Positions 22,302 through 34,550 of a DNA stretch of 64,000 nt are shown here, one piece after another. The stretch is from positions 467,769-531,768 of the forward strand of contig NW_008246084.1 of NCBI RefSeq assembly GCF_000281045.1, written 5' to 3'. Position numbers and translations under genes: made by a program. The stretch comes from Saprolegnia diclina VS20. Taxonomy: Eukaryota. Position 1 is the first letter of the stretch. The number at the start of each line of letters is the position of its first letter. Under the pieces are notes generated by a model, which saw nothing but the letters and a program-made list of their open reading frames with translations, had not been told where the DNA came from and ran no database searches.

Positions 22302-23635
22302 GGTTGCATCGATTGTGACTTTGAGCGGGTGCACTAAACGGTCCCGATTGCTTTTTTAAAGTAGCCAATCCGCATCGTTTGTATATCCAATACGCGATGT
22401 GATTGGCGCAAAGCGGCAACCAGATGATGACCAAGTCGCCTTTCTGGGAGATCGCATGGCTCGTGAGACACAAAATTTGATTGGCTAATGTCCGCCAATC
22501 AGGAGCACGATCGGCGGATGTCGCCCCGCCGCGTTGTTGACGCAAGCGCGCACGGCATCTTGCATATACTATTGCATGTCTAGCGTCGTCAGCGGGGTGA
22601 CGCGCCATCATCTCGAAGGGCACGCCGGGGCACGGTGCCCCGGGTCCGGGCAAGTCTGGAGCACGTCCGATCGTGGACAACGTCGTGCACTCGCAAACGT
22701 CGTGCATCTTTGGCGCGGCGTACTGTAGGACGTACAGTACGCAGAGGCGGCACTGCAAGCAAGTCTCTGCACGTTCTCTTCGCCAAGTGGCGCGTGTTTT
22801 TTATGGCTGGTCGGCGGCGCGCTGGCCCGAACCGAGGACGCGTGGCGGACAAGAATGTTGTCTGTTTGGATCGCGTTTCAAGATTGCCTCGTGGCTCGTG
22901 CATGCATGCGTACCGGGATGCCACCATGGTAACGAAATTACATCCCGGAATGCGTCTCGTTAGAAACGGCGCGTAATGACGCGGGGCGGATCGTACGGTC
23001 TCCAGCGCGCCTTTTGCGCTTCAATTCACCACGCTCATTTGCGCCTCGGCCCCCCGTCCACCGAGTCTTGCATCGGCGCAGCTGCGCGTGCTGTCCCAGG
23101 TTCAACGTTCGCTTGTCCCAGTCGCCACCCAGTGGGTTTGTTTAAAACACTCTCGCCGAAGCCATCTTTGCCTTGGGCTTTGTATCCACTGGCTTCGGAA
23201 CGATTCGGTCGTGAATCAAACAAACCCAGATCTCGCCGCGTGGCGTGCTCTCTGATTCGCGCCAATTACTCGCACGACGGGCACATACAGTACAGACCAC
23301 CGCGCTCGCATCTCAGTCGCCCACCTTGGTCACTCGCACACGCTCACCTGGTCTCGAGCAATACAAGACGCGATCGAAGACATCGCGCGCTACCAGACTA
23401 AGAACGCAGATAAGACCATAAGACCAGATAATAAAATCGAATTATCTAATTAAAACGCACCCCGCGGTCGAACTGGGTCGATCTGGCCTCTCCCAAACGT
23501 CTTGAGGTTTGTATGAAAGAGGTTAGCAACAGCTGCGCCCGTCGCGCGCTGACCAATCAAGTGCGCTCGTCGGCGCCATAGCGTGTGTAAGTCAGTGTCG
23601 AGAAGCACTCACAGAGTCTGTTACGAGTTACTTCG

Positions 23636-23651
23636 TCATTCGCCAATTTCC
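23636..23651 (+). promoter_or_regulatory. INR+FPR core promoter of the bZIP gene
   Basis: TCATTCGCCAATTTCC, ~80 nt upstream of ATG 23731. Confidence 0.55.
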
Positions 23652-23730
23652 ACAGTCACGAACACACGTTGACTCGTACTCGAGGTATTGCATCATTACT
23701 GCGCCGCCGTGTATCAATCGACGTGGTAGC

Positions 23731-25017
23731 ATGAACGACAGCAACAAGCCGCTCAGCCTCTCGCCCCGCAACCTCGGCATGGACGACCTCCGCGACTTTT
23801 GCGGCCCGCTCGGCGTCTTCAAGACGGGCCTCACGCCGCGCTTCACGACCGGCCTCACGCCCCGGACAGGCTTCACGCCGCGCACGGGCTTTACGCCCCG
23901 CGATTACATGTCGCGCCAGCATGGCGGCTTCCCGCTCTCGCCGCGCGCGAGCATGGGCATGGGTGGCCACATGTCGTACTCACCGAAAGGCCAGGGCATG
24001 CCCAAGGCAGGCGGCCGGTACCCTGGCCCACCCCACGGCAGTGGTATGCAATCCTACTTGCAGATGGACGGCCACCAACCCTCTATGAAACCAGATCCGC
24101 ACATGAACGCGGACATGATGCACCCGCTCATGTACGAGTATCTGAACCGGAACCAAGGTGGCCATGGGGGGCCGCAGCACCCGGGCCAGATGATGCACCA
24201 CCACAATGGCGGCCCGCCGCAGTCGATGGGCAACGCCTCCGGTGTCTCGAACGGGTCGGGTGGCATGCACTCGCCGCGCGGCTCGGACGCAATGGAGAAG
24301 CAAGACGAGCTCGACGCGCGCCGCCGCATGAAGAACCGCGAGCGCGTCCGCAAGTGCCGCAAGCGCAAGCAAGATCGTCTGAACTTTCTCGAAGACCGCA
24401 ACAACGAGCTCGAGAAGGAGAACAGCGACCTCAAGACCAAGATCATGCGCCGGGGCGACGGTAGCCCCATCAACAAGGCAATGACGGAAGAGGCGCTCAT
24501 GGAGCTCCGCGCCAAGCAGACCAACACGCTGCAGCTCATCCAGGCCATCATCAACGAAGGCATGATGTCGTTTGAGGCTTCGGCCAAGAGCGTGTGGACG
24601 CCGAACGCCACCATCATGGACGGTGTCACGGGCGAGAAGCTCACCAACATCGACTCGATCGTCGAGAACAAGCGCATCTCGGCCAGCGTCTTCTCCAACT
24701 ACAAGATCAAGAACTTCTCGGTCGAGTGGCAGGGCCACGAGAAGGCCATGGTCAAGTGGGACATTGAGGCGTCGCTGCGCCCGAACGCGCCGTCCTCGAT
24801 CGTGCTCTCGTCGCCCTTCCACCAGCTCGCGCCCCACTACAACAACGAGATGTTCCCGTTCTACATGGTCTCGCACATGACCTTCAACGGCGACAAAGTC
24901 ACGGAAGAAGTGCGCTTTGTCGACGTCGCTAAGCTCCTCGCGGTCGTCGCCCCCAAGATCCGCGAGCCGGCCAAGCTCCTTGACGTCGTCAACGCCGTCG
25001 CGTCGACGTCATTATAA
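23731..25017 (+). CDS. bZIP transcription factor with C-terminal SnoaL/NTF2-like domain
   Basis: Basic region RRRMKNRERVRKCRKRK followed by a leucine zipper (LNFLEDRNNELEKENSDLKTKI). The C-terminal alpha/beta domain ends in HMTFNGDKVTEEVRFVD. Intronless. Confidence 0.85.
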   Translation: MNDSNKPLSLSPRNLGMDDLRDFCGPLGVFKTGLTPRFTTGLTPRTGFTPRTGFTPRDYMSRQHGGFPLSPRASMGMGGHMSYSPKGQGMPKAGGRYPGPPHGSGMQSYLQMDGHQPSMKPDPHMNADMMHPLMYEYLNRNQGGHGGPQHPGQMMHHHNGGPPQSMGNASGVSNGSGGMHSPRGSDAMEKQDELDARRRMKNRERVRKCRKRKQDRLNFLEDRNNELEKENSDLKTKIMRRGDGSPINKAMTEEALMELRAKQTNTLQLIQAIINEGMMSFEASAKSVWTPNATIMDGVTGEKLTNIDSIVENKRISASVFSNYKIKNFSVEWQGHEKAMVKWDIEASLRPNAPSSIVLSSPFHQLAPHYNNEMFPFYMVSHMTFNGDKVTEEVRFVDVAKLLAVVAPKIREPAKLLDVVNAVASTSL

Positions 25018-25140
25018 GTTGCACCAGCACCCACACACGACCACGTATGAAGAAAGCCCACCACCGCGTATTGGTACCTTAGGATTAGAGACTTAGTCGA
25101 TGTCAACAAATGGAATGATTCCTTATTGTCCACGATTGCA

Positions 25141-25880
25141 TTACATGTTGAGCAGCTCGTCGAGCTCGTCGTCCAGAGCCGCGTGCGCTGGAGGTGGCGC
25201 CGGCTTGGGCACCACGGGCGCAGGGGGCGGTGTCGCCTTGGCCACGACGGCCGGTTTGGCTGCCGCGGGCTTGACCACTGGGGTAACGACGACGGGCGCA
25301 GTAGGGACCGCTATGACAGGCGTTGGTGTCGGTGTCGGCGGCAGTGTGGATTTCACGGGACTCTCCGGCGCTTCAAAGACTAGATCGATCTGCGAGGTCG
25401 TCAAGTAGGGAGATGGTCGCATCGCAAAGACGTACGCAGTACTTGGGGTCAATGTCGTAGCGCGTTGCGGGCGGTAGCGTCTGGAGATGGTCGCCAATGA
25501 CCTTGAAGTCCTAGACATGTGCATGAGGCCAGGCAAGCGCTGAAATACGCCCGTACCAGCGAAACGTCGTTGGGCTTCATGGCCTCGAGGTCGGCCTCCC
25601 ACTCGCGCTCGGTCTTGGACTGAAAGTAGCCGATGCCGCCCGTGCTGGTCGACGCCGGCATGTGCTGGATGTCGGGATTGTAGCGCAAGTCCTGCTTCCC
25701 CGTCGGCGGCGGCTCGTCGACGTCGTCCTCGAGTTCATTCTCGTCGACGGCCTCGTCCTCCTGGAAGCGGTATGCATTGCTCTCGAGGTTGCGCAGGTGC
25801 GCGGGTACGCGCTCGCCACGGCCCGCCGGCCCTACCCCGCGACCGCGGCCGCGCCGGTACTGCAGTTGCGATCGGCCCAT
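25141..25880 (-). CDS. Small RG-rich protein, possibly AVEN-like (probably two introns)
   Basis: N-terminal RRGRGRG, an LESNAYRF motif, a Pro-rich region and a C-terminal LDDELDELL. This resembles AVEN (SNWDRY...EDWLDSM). The family call is tentative. Confidence 0.55.
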
Positions 25881-26011
25881 TTCACGCCAGCGGTGGAAAC
25901 GTCGACTGAAATGGTTAAATAGGTTTTATACATGCGTTTTATTCAACATGGCATGCTCCAAGCATCTGGGGAATTCCCTTGCAAAGAGTCAAGAAGGGGT
26001 GTTCTTGTCGA

Positions 26012-26086
26012 CTTCTTTTAGTCTAGCGGTTTAGACACTGGTTTACCACCAGGTAGATCCGGGTTCATGTCCCGGAGAGAGCACCA
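26012..26086 (+). pseudogene. Degenerate tRNA-like element (tRNA pseudogene or tRNA-derived SINE head)
   Basis: Acceptor CTTCTTT/AGAGAGC (6 of 7 pairs, including G-U). D-arm GTCT-AGCGGTTT-AGAC and T-arm CCGGG-TTCATGT-CCCGG. 3' ACCA. The anticodon arm is shortened or irregular. Confidence 0.6.
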
Positions 26087-26718
26087 CTTTCTGATTCAAA
26101 GCATGCCAGTGTCGGATGATATTATCGTCCGACACTTAGCGTGAGCAAGAAACGCAGACGAGCAGCTGCACCGATCCTCGCCTGCGATCACCCGCGACGC
26201 CGTCGACGACAACAGCTACGACAACCCCACTGCACTGTCGCGACTAACTCAGTACAAACTAACAGACTAAAAAAACAGCTAACTCGACGCCAGGAACTAG
26301 CACCGGCGTCGATAGAACGATGCAGCGTCTGCCTCGTTCTTCCTGGAGCCTCCTCAGCAAGTTGCTGGCGTTCTTGCATTCTTCAACAAACAGGTCAACG
26401 CGTCTCTTCCGGGCAACACTCCGACTGTCATGGTAGCAACTAGAGTAGTTCCTACTAGCAGAGCGCACGTAGACTATACCGGTAGGGCATCGATCGACTA
26501 ACGTAGGAGCAAGCTTGCAGTGCAAGTGACAAGGACCTTGCACAGACAGACATGGACAAGGAAGCACTGTCGCTGGGTTTAGTTGATATGCCTAGTCGTT
26601 TAGTCGCAACGACAACTGTGCTGAATGGTTCAACGTTATGGCCGTCAGAGGCGTGTATCCGGATGCGTCCACGTGCGGCGTGTCTTTTAGTCGAAGAAAA
26701 AAACTAATTTGGGCGACC

Positions 26719-27518
26719 ATGCCGATTTCGTACTGCGTTGTCGCCAACAAGCACTGCGCGCTCGCCGAGTGCGAGTACCTCGCGGGCGGACCGCCACCAT
26801 CGGGCACCAAGAAGGTCAAGGAGATCGCCGAGCAGCTCGCGAAGAAGCTCAACTTTGAGAAGCGCGAGCTCGAGATGGACGCGATCGACTGCGACGGCAA
26901 GACGTACAGCTACCTCGTCGACGACGAGATCGCCTACATTTGCGTCGCCGACGCGTCCGTGGGCAAGGCCGCGGTCACGGCCTTCCTCAAGCACATCAAG
27001 GTCCAATTCGAAGAGCAGTTTGGCATCCGCGGCAAGATGACCAAACTCAAGCTCGACATGCAGCGCGACTTTGCGCCGATGCTCAAGACCAACATGGAGA
27101 TGATGTCGTCCAAGGGTGGCATGCAGAAGCTCGACGCGCTGCGAAAGGACCTCGACAACGTCAAAGAGTCGATGCAGGCCAACATTGGCAAGGTCCTCGA
27201 GCGCGGCGACAAGATCGAGCTCCTCGTCGACAAGTCCGAGTCGCTCAAGTAGGACGATGCTCTCTTCCCCGCTATCTTCTCATGCGATGATGCGTAGCTC
27301 GTCGGCTGACGCGTTTGCCAAGTCGAGTCGGGATCTGCGGCGCGCGCTCTGGCTGCAAAACGTCAAGATGTATGCCTGCGCCGCCCTCGTCGCCATGGTA
27401 CCATCCGGATCCTGCCATCCTCGCGCTCGACTAACCGCTCTTGCAGGTGCTCTTGGTGCTCATGGTGCTCTACTTCAAGAAGAAGAATGGATCGTCCGAG
27501 ACATCGACAGCGCTGTAA
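26719..27518 (+). CDS. VAMP7-like longin R-SNARE (two introns)
   Basis: Longin domain. SNARE motif VKESMQANIGKVLERGDKIELLVDKSESL...ADAFAK..LRRALW. C-terminal TM helix; TAA at 27516-27518. Confidence 0.9.
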
Positions 27519-27536
27519 ATCCGTGAAACCCCGTTT

Positions 27537-29083
27537 TTATTCGACCTTGGGCTGGACGACCTGGACGCGGCTGACGCAATAGCCCGCGACGGCGAGGACG
27601 CCGCTGCAGGCTGCAAAGATCGTCGTGTCGGGCGTCGTCTCGGCGAGCGCAGTGCCAACGATGACGAGGACATTTGTCGGGAGTCGAAAGAGCGAGAGGA
27701 CGGTACTGAGGCGCGCATCGCCAAAGTACTGCGCGCGCAGCGTCGCCGAGCACGGAAAGAACGCGCCGACGCAGACCTACTAGCGTTCAGACACCCCGCT
27801 CACAGAATCCTCACAACCTCAAAGAGGAGAAACGCAGCAAAGACGGGCGGGAGCTCGGACGTGACCTACGACCGCAAAGATGAGGTCCTGCGTCCAGCGA
27901 ATCGGTCGTACTGCAGGCGTGGCCAAGCAAGCACTTGAAATGAGAGCGAGCATCGTAGCGACAAGGACTGCGTGGAGCTGCATGTCCTGCGCCACTGCAA
28001 ACAGCTTCCCGCCGAGGGCGATGCAGAGCATGAAGCTCGCAAAGACCAGCCCCGTGGGCAAGGTCGACGTGATCGCTTGTAGCGACGGGACCCAGAGAAA
28101 GACTAAGAACACCCATGCTTATCGTTGACAGTCATCTCGCATCAACGTACCAAAGTTGTACATGGCACCTTCGTACAAGCTTGCAGCGAGGCCAATCCGC
28201 AGCATGTCGGCCGTGACGACGCTCGGGATCGACGCCAACGCGACCGAACTCGATGACGTCGTCGGCGCGTCGACGTTCTCGGGCCACCGACGAATGCAAA
28301 GGCCAGCGAGAAACGTAACTACGAGCGCGACCTGGAAGGGCGCAATGTCGCCAAACATATCGGCGGCGACTTGCGCGACGAGGCCGGCGACGATGGCGAC
28401 GAGGCCGCTGATCTCGGACGCGAGCGCAAAGGTCGAGCTCAGCAGCCGCTCGGGGAAGTCTACGCAAATTTGACGACAGTTTGCGTTGGGAAGGAAGCGT
28501 AGTACGGCGCTTGCGGTGCTCGGTGACCATCCAGCTCTCAAAGGCCGAGAAGAGGAGCGCGGTCGAGAGACCGCCTAGCACGCGACCGAGCGCGAGAAGA
28601 CCGAAGTGCGGAACGTGCTCGAGCGCATTGATGACAAGCTGCAGGTTGCTTAAGACGCCGCTACAAATGGAGAGAGGATGATATACCTCGAGGGCCACGT
28701 AGACCAAGCACGCGCGCTTGCGGCCATAGAGGTCGACGTAGCGCCCGACAAAACTGCTTGCGACCGCGGACGAGAGGAAGCCGAGCATGAAGAGCTTCCC
28801 GACGTCCATGCCATAGCTCTACCACGCCACTTGGCACCACATCCATGCTGATAAATCGTACTTGGTAGAGCGTGTACATGTTGGGACCCTGCAGCCAGTC
28901 GGCGAACATGACGAGGCCGTGCACACCGAGGTACTCACGCTGGAAGGCGGCAAAGCCCGGTGGCCTGGCGTCCGCCACCGATTGCTGCCGCCAAGCGCTC
29001 ACCACGTGCACGCAGGCCAGTGCAGCGCCAAGGCCTATGCATGGGTAGCTCGCCCACGTCGGCCACGACGCTGCTTCCAGCAT
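27537..29083 (-). CDS. Molybdate-anion transporter MFSD5/MOT2-like (multi-intron)
   Basis: FQREYLGV..MFADWLQGP..Y.LY, GRVLGGLSTALLFSAFESWMVTEH, LYEGAMY..VFLWVP, GLVFASFM and FRLPTN. Confidence 0.88.
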
Positions 29084-29419
29084 CCTCGTCGCACTGTCCA
29101 AAAAGATCGAGTCCTTCCAGCAAGAGAGGTTAAACCCTTTAACCTGTAGCCGTGTCGCAGCCACTTCACATCGCCTTGATGCCTCTCACTGCAGAAATGG
29201 CTGCGTCGTAGGGACCAGAGCTATGACTATCAGCTGAGATCTATACTAGTGCTCTGGCGGGCGTCAGGGTGCTGTAGCTGTCATAGTGTGTGCACTGGAG
29301 CAAGGTACGAGAATGAGTTTGACGTCACCAAAAAGCGCGCTAAACGTTTCGTATCCGGAGGTTGTCCGGATGGCCCAGGACCAATCGTGCAGCTTTGTAT
29401 TCCAGCTTGGCTCGGGCCG

Positions 29420-31137
29420 ATGGCGACGACGACTGCGACGACGACCGCCGAGATGCACTGGTCCAAAACCGAGTATGGCCTCGACCTGGACCCGACTCTC
29501 TGCAAGAACCTCGAGGCCACGGGCATCCACTCGTTCTTCCCGATCCAGCACATTACGATCCCCAAGATCCTCGCCACGGGCTACACCAAAGACCTCTGCA
29601 TCAACGCGCCGACGGGCAGCGGCAAGACGATGGTCTACTGTCTTCCAATCGTACAGCGCTTGGTCAACCGCGTCTTTCGCCGGCTCCGCGCGGTCGTGAT
29701 CGTGCCCAGTCGCGATCTCGTCGTGCAGGTCAAGAAGGTGCTCGATGGCCTCGTGCTGGGCACGCCTTTGACCGTCGGCGTGGCCATGGGCCAGTCCAAC
29801 TTTACCGCCGAGCAGCGAACGCTCACCGATGCGAAGGGCAACAGCCTCGTCGACATTCTCGTCGCGACGCCCGGGCGTCTCGTGGACCACCTCGAGCAAA
29901 CACCGGGCTTTACACTGCAGCACGTGCAGTTTGTCGTCGTCGACGAAGCCGATCGCCTTTTGAACCAGTCGTACCAGGACTGGATCACAAAGCTGTACAA
30001 CAGCATCTACGTCACCGAGTCGTCGCTCGAGAGTACAATCGCAACCTCGATTCCATTTCCCATCTCTTTTCGTAGACTTGAACCGAGGCACGGCGCTGCA
30101 CCCGGCGACGATTCGCCGGCCGGACGGCAAGAACCCGCACCGCATCCGCATCCCGCTCATCCGCATTCTACTCTCGGCGACGTTGACGCGCAACCCGCGC
30201 AAGCTCGCGGCCATTGGCATGCCCCACGCCGAGCTCGTCACGGTCAACGAGGAGCTCAATGTCGCGTCCGACTCGAAGGTCAACCTCTTTGCGACGCCCG
30301 CCAACCTCGAGGAAGGCATGGTCGAGTGCGAGGCCGCCGAGAAGCCGCTCGTGCTGCTCGAGCTCCTCCACAGCTTTGGCGACCAGCTCACGATCATCTT
30401 TACGTCGTCGATCAACGCCACGCATCGTCTCTGCCGCCTCCTCCAGCTGTATGCGACCAACCCCGAGAGTACGTTATGACAAGAACGATAAGATCTCATG
30501 GCGTCTAGGTGTCCGCGAGTACTCGAGTACGCTCAACCAAAAGCAGCGGTCGCAGCTCGTGCAAGCATGCCACCGTGGCACCATCAAGATCGTCGTGTGC
30601 TCGGATGCGATGGCGCGTGGTATGGACATTGCGCACGTCGAGAACGTCGTCAACTATGACGTTCCGCCCTACATCAAGACGTACATCCACCGCGTTGGTC
30701 GTACGGCGCGTGCTGGGCGCGCGGGCCGCGCCGTAACGCTGGTCAAGAAGGGCCAGACGAAGGGCCTTGCGCGCATGCTGGCCAAGGCCGAGAAGGCGCC
30801 GCTGCCCGTGTATCCCGTCGATATGGAGCACATGCAGACGCTCGTGCCCCGGTACACGGACTGCCTCGCCTCGCTCAAGGAGACGCTCGCCAAGGAGAAG
30901 GCGGGGCACCTTGGCCTCACGACCAGTGTCTCGCTCAAGCGCAAGCTGCAAGGAGACGCCAACAACGACGACGACGTCGACCAAGCCATGGCCGACGAGG
31001 ACGACGATGCCGACGACGAAGCGAAGAGCGATGTCGACGCAGGGACCCAGGACGACGACGAACATGACGTGGCGCCCCGAGAGGCGCTGCGGGCGCGGCT
31101 CGTCGAGCACCTCAAGCGACAGCGGGCGACCGAATAA
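29420..31137 (+). CDS. DDX51: ATP-dependent RNA helicase DDX51/DBP6 (introns; true start may lie upstream, ~29197-29400)
   Basis: FFPIQ, DLCINAPTGSGKT, PSRDL, TPGRLVDH, DEADRLLNQSYQDW, LSATLT.NP, CSDAMARGMD and [12 protein letters not shown]. Confidence 0.9.
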
Positions 31138-31155
31138 AAAACGTATTCGCATTTG

Positions 31156-32152
31156 TTAAATAATATGCTCGGCTTGCGTGCGCTGGACGTAGGCGTCCCA
31201 GTCGCCGGTCGCAAAGATCTCGGAGCCCGGGCTCTGCGACTCGGCGCCAGTGTCGAGGACCGTGGGCGACTCGACGTGCAGTGCGAGGAGAAGCCGCCGG
31301 TGCATGGAGGCGTCGGCGCCAAACGTGGCAGTCGCAAGCACGACGTCGTCGGGGCCTTGGGGCAGGAGGTACCGGGGACCCATGTGGGGCCGCGGTGGCG
31401 GGGGCGGCGGCTCGCTCCGGCGGCGCGTGACGGCGATGACGACGAAGACGAGACATACGAGGCCAGCAACGACCATGGACGAGATGAACATAGCGCTCTG
31501 TGTCCAGCTATTGGAATCTACACGGAGGCAGGCGGTCAGCGGCGGGCGAGCGTAGCAACAGAAGATACGTACTCGCTTGGTTGGAGATGGACGCCGATGG
31601 CGTGGGCGTGGAGGGACCAATGGTTGGTAGCGCTTCCGACGATGATGCCGGCGGCGGCGGCGAGAAAGGGCGTGTCGTCGCACTCGGCGAGAGCACCGTC
31701 GTCGATGGGATCGGCGTCGTCGTAGGCATCACCGTCGTCGTGGGCGCCGGTGTTTTCGTTGGCACGGGCGTGGACGTTGGCGTGGGTACCGGTGGTGTTG
31801 TTGTCGGCGCTGGTGGCGGCGATGGAAGAACAGTCGGGCGTCGCGTTGACGGTCGTGGCGTTGTTGGACGGACTGTCGTCGGGCGGGGTGTCGGGGGCGG
31901 TGTCGACGTGTTGGGTGCGAACGTCGGAGTTGGTGTCGTGGCATTCGGTGGTGCGGTGATGACGGGCGTCGGAGCGATCGTCGATGCGTTCGGGGCGAGC
32001 GTTGTGGCATTGGGCGGGAAGAGGATCGTGACATCGATCGGCGGCCATAGCGTCGTGACGTTGGCAGGCGGGAGCGAGATCGCGACGCCGAGCATGGGAG
32101 GTCGTCGTGCCATTGCGACAGCGACGTGCGCGAGCAGGAGGACGCGCCGCAT
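31156..32152 (-). CDS. Mucin-like single-pass type I membrane protein A (intron 31518-31572)
   Basis: Signal peptide, Pro/Thr-rich stalk, TM (FISSMVVAGLVCLVFVVIAV) followed by RRR, and a short tail. Confidence 0.75.
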
Positions 32153-33323
32153 GGACCGCAAGAAGGTGAGTGGCACGTCACCAGCTTGTGCGACGGAACG
32201 CCGCTGGCATTGCACAGGCTCTGGCTTGCACCGCCTGTCTGCACGAGCTTGGCCCGAAAAGAACGGTGCGTCTCGCACCAGCTGTTTCAGGACCGTGGTC
32301 GCCTCACGTCCGCACGGTTGTCATTCTCATTTGTGTGCGATGACGCGGCCAACGATACGTGGGAGGCGTACCGTAGAGGCACCTCCAGAGGCTTCTGCTG
32401 TAATATAAGCGACCGACTGGACGATGCTTGGCGGGCTGGTTCCGTGTCGTTCGATGTGTTGCCGTCAACGTGGCCTTTGCCTGCATCTCGGCGTTCGCGG
32501 AAGATGCGGTCATCTGGCTCGAGAGTGCACTAGAGTAGGTCCGGGCCAGTCGCGCGCCACTTGGGATGACCTCGCCGCCACCGTGGCGTCAGTCGTGGCA
32601 GAAATACGCTGTAGGTCGCCGAGTACAGTACGCGGTACGGTGCAACGTCGCGCTCTTCGTTGTGGGCTATCGACACCTTGCAGGACGTCATGGACGCTGC
32701 ATTTTAGTTAGTTTGTATTCGTAGTCGTAGTCATATTTGTAGGTTGGTAACGAGAGGCGCCCAGCGCCTCGAGGCTGTGAGAACCTTCTTGCAAGTGTAC
32801 CTCGGGCACCCAATTGTAATTGCACGTATGGCTACAGGGTGCGAGTAGCCGGCACGCAATGCCAGCGCGAGCTCGAGACATCGAGACTAGACGTCTCGAG
32901 CGCCTAATCGACTCTAGTAGGCAGCAATATACTGAAGGAGGCGACCGACTAGCCATCAAGGACATGTACTCGCACTGGTATTGCTTGGCAAGGGTGAGCG
33001 TACGAGAGCATCGTACCACGAACAAGTCGCTCGAATCGAAAGGTGCGCTGCATGGCGCAACGTGGCGACAGGCAACAGCGGCCTTCCGCAACGTGGCCAC
33101 CCTTTACATTGCCCACCAAGGCGGTCGCTACGGAGCGAGCGCTACGTACCTGGATGCTGCAAAGGTCATACCCCCATTTGGCGGTACGAACCGTAGTTTG
33201 GCTGGAAGCAGCTCGACCACTTGAACGACAACAGTATTCGAAGCGCAGTAGCAACACGTAGACTTTAAAAGAACAACAAACTTAGTAGTAGTACGTAGAT
33301 GGGTTCTTAAATAGACACAACTT

Positions 33324-34550
33324 CTACACGACGTGGACCTTCGATTGGACCATGTCTTGGAAGCGACCAGAGTCCATGCAAAACGAGCTGCTGATGCTGT
33401 AGTTGCCGCTGCTTTGGCCATAGTGCGACGACCCGCCGAACGAGCTCAGCGAGTAGCCGTCGTCCATGCTCTCCATGAGTTGCTCCGTGTTGACCGAGTG
33501 GCCAAGATGCACTTCCGAGTCGTCGCGGATCGGCAAGGAGGAGGGCGGTGGCGGCGGTGGCGCAAACGACTGCTGCGGCGCAGGGTACGGGTTGTGCGGG
33601 ATGTGGCGGATCGTCTGCATCGCGGGCGAGCTCGGGTAGCTCCGCGGCGACTTGTCTTCGGTGAGGCGCTGGAGGCGCTTCTTGTGGACGTAAAACGCAA
33701 AGACACCGAGGATCGCAACGATACCAACGACGGCCGAGACGATGATGAGAATGTTCGACACGTTGCCGCCGTCGTTGCCCGACTGCTGGTTCACGGCGTT
33801 GGCGTCCGGCATCGCATTCGAAGGCTTCATTGTCTTGCTCGAAGCCACCGGAGACGCAACTGGAGATGACGAGGGTCCCGAGCGCGAGTCGGTAGACGTC
33901 GGTGTCGGGCTCGTACTCGGTGCGTCCGACGAACTAGGACTCGGCGCGTCAGTCGGTGCATCCGTGGGGCTACTGGTGGAGCTAGACGGAGCTGGAGACG
34001 AGCTCGGTGACGGGCTCGGCGAGACACTTGGAGACGCCGACGGGTGAGCTGGCGAAGGGTTAGGTGACGGAGCTTGCGTTGGTGCCGTCGTGGGCGGGGG
34101 TGGGCTTGGGCGTGCTGACGACGGACTCGGTGGCGCCTGGGTCGGACTCGGTGGAGGCGGTGACGGAGCTGGCGTTGGCGGAGGCGGAGTCGGTGTGGGA
34201 GGTGATGGACTCGGTGGTGCTGGAGCCGGGGTCGGAGCCGGTGTGGGAGCCTGCGTCGGAGCCGGCGACGGAGGTGGCGGTGACGGGCTTGGTGGTGGCG
34301 GCGTCGGGCTCGGCGGTGCAGGACTTGGGGGTGCGGGGCTCGGCGAAGGGCTTGGTGGAGCCGTCGTGGGAGCATTCGTATCGTTGATGGACGGCTTGGA
34401 GGAGCTATTGTTGTTGTCGTTTGCACCAAATCCCTCGAGGTGCGTCGGAATGCCAAGCACAACTACGGGCGTCGCATCGCGCTGGGCGTCGGCAACGACC
34501 GCGACGAGTGTGATGAGAAGGCACAATGCCCATGATCTCTTGAGCAACAT
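33324..34550 (-). CDS. Pro/Ser-rich (extensin-like) single-pass type I membrane protein B, intronless
   Basis: Signal peptide, SPPPP-rich stalk, TM (ILIIVSAVVGIVAILGVFAFYV) followed by HKKR, and a tail ending MDSGRFQDMVQSKVHVV. Confidence 0.8.
   Translation of the reverse strand: MLLKRSWALCLLITLVAVVADAQRDATPVVVLGIPTHLEGFGANDNNNSSSKPSINDTNAPTTAPPSPSPSPAPPSPAPPSPTPPPPSPSPPPPSPAPTQAPTPAPTPAPAPPSPSPPTPTPPPPTPAPSPPPPSPTQAPPSPSSARPSPPPPTTAPTQAPSPNPSPAHPSASPSVSPSPSPSSSPAPSSSTSSPTDAPTDAPSPSSSDAPSTSPTPTSTDSRSGPSSSPVASPVASSKTMKPSNAMPDANAVNQQSGNDGGNVSNILIIVSAVVGIVAILGVFAFYVHKKRLQRLTEDKSPRSYPSSPAMQTIRHIPHNPYPAPQQSFAPPPPPPSSLPIRDDSEVHLGHSVNTEQLMESMDDGYSLSSFGGSSHYGQSSGNYSISSSFCMDSGRFQDMVQSKVHVV

Noticed and set aside
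33850..34370. Repeat-like GC-rich tract considered as a repeat array or CRISPR
   Set aside because: Explained by Pro/Ser-rich coding sequence; there is no fixed repeat-spacer structure.
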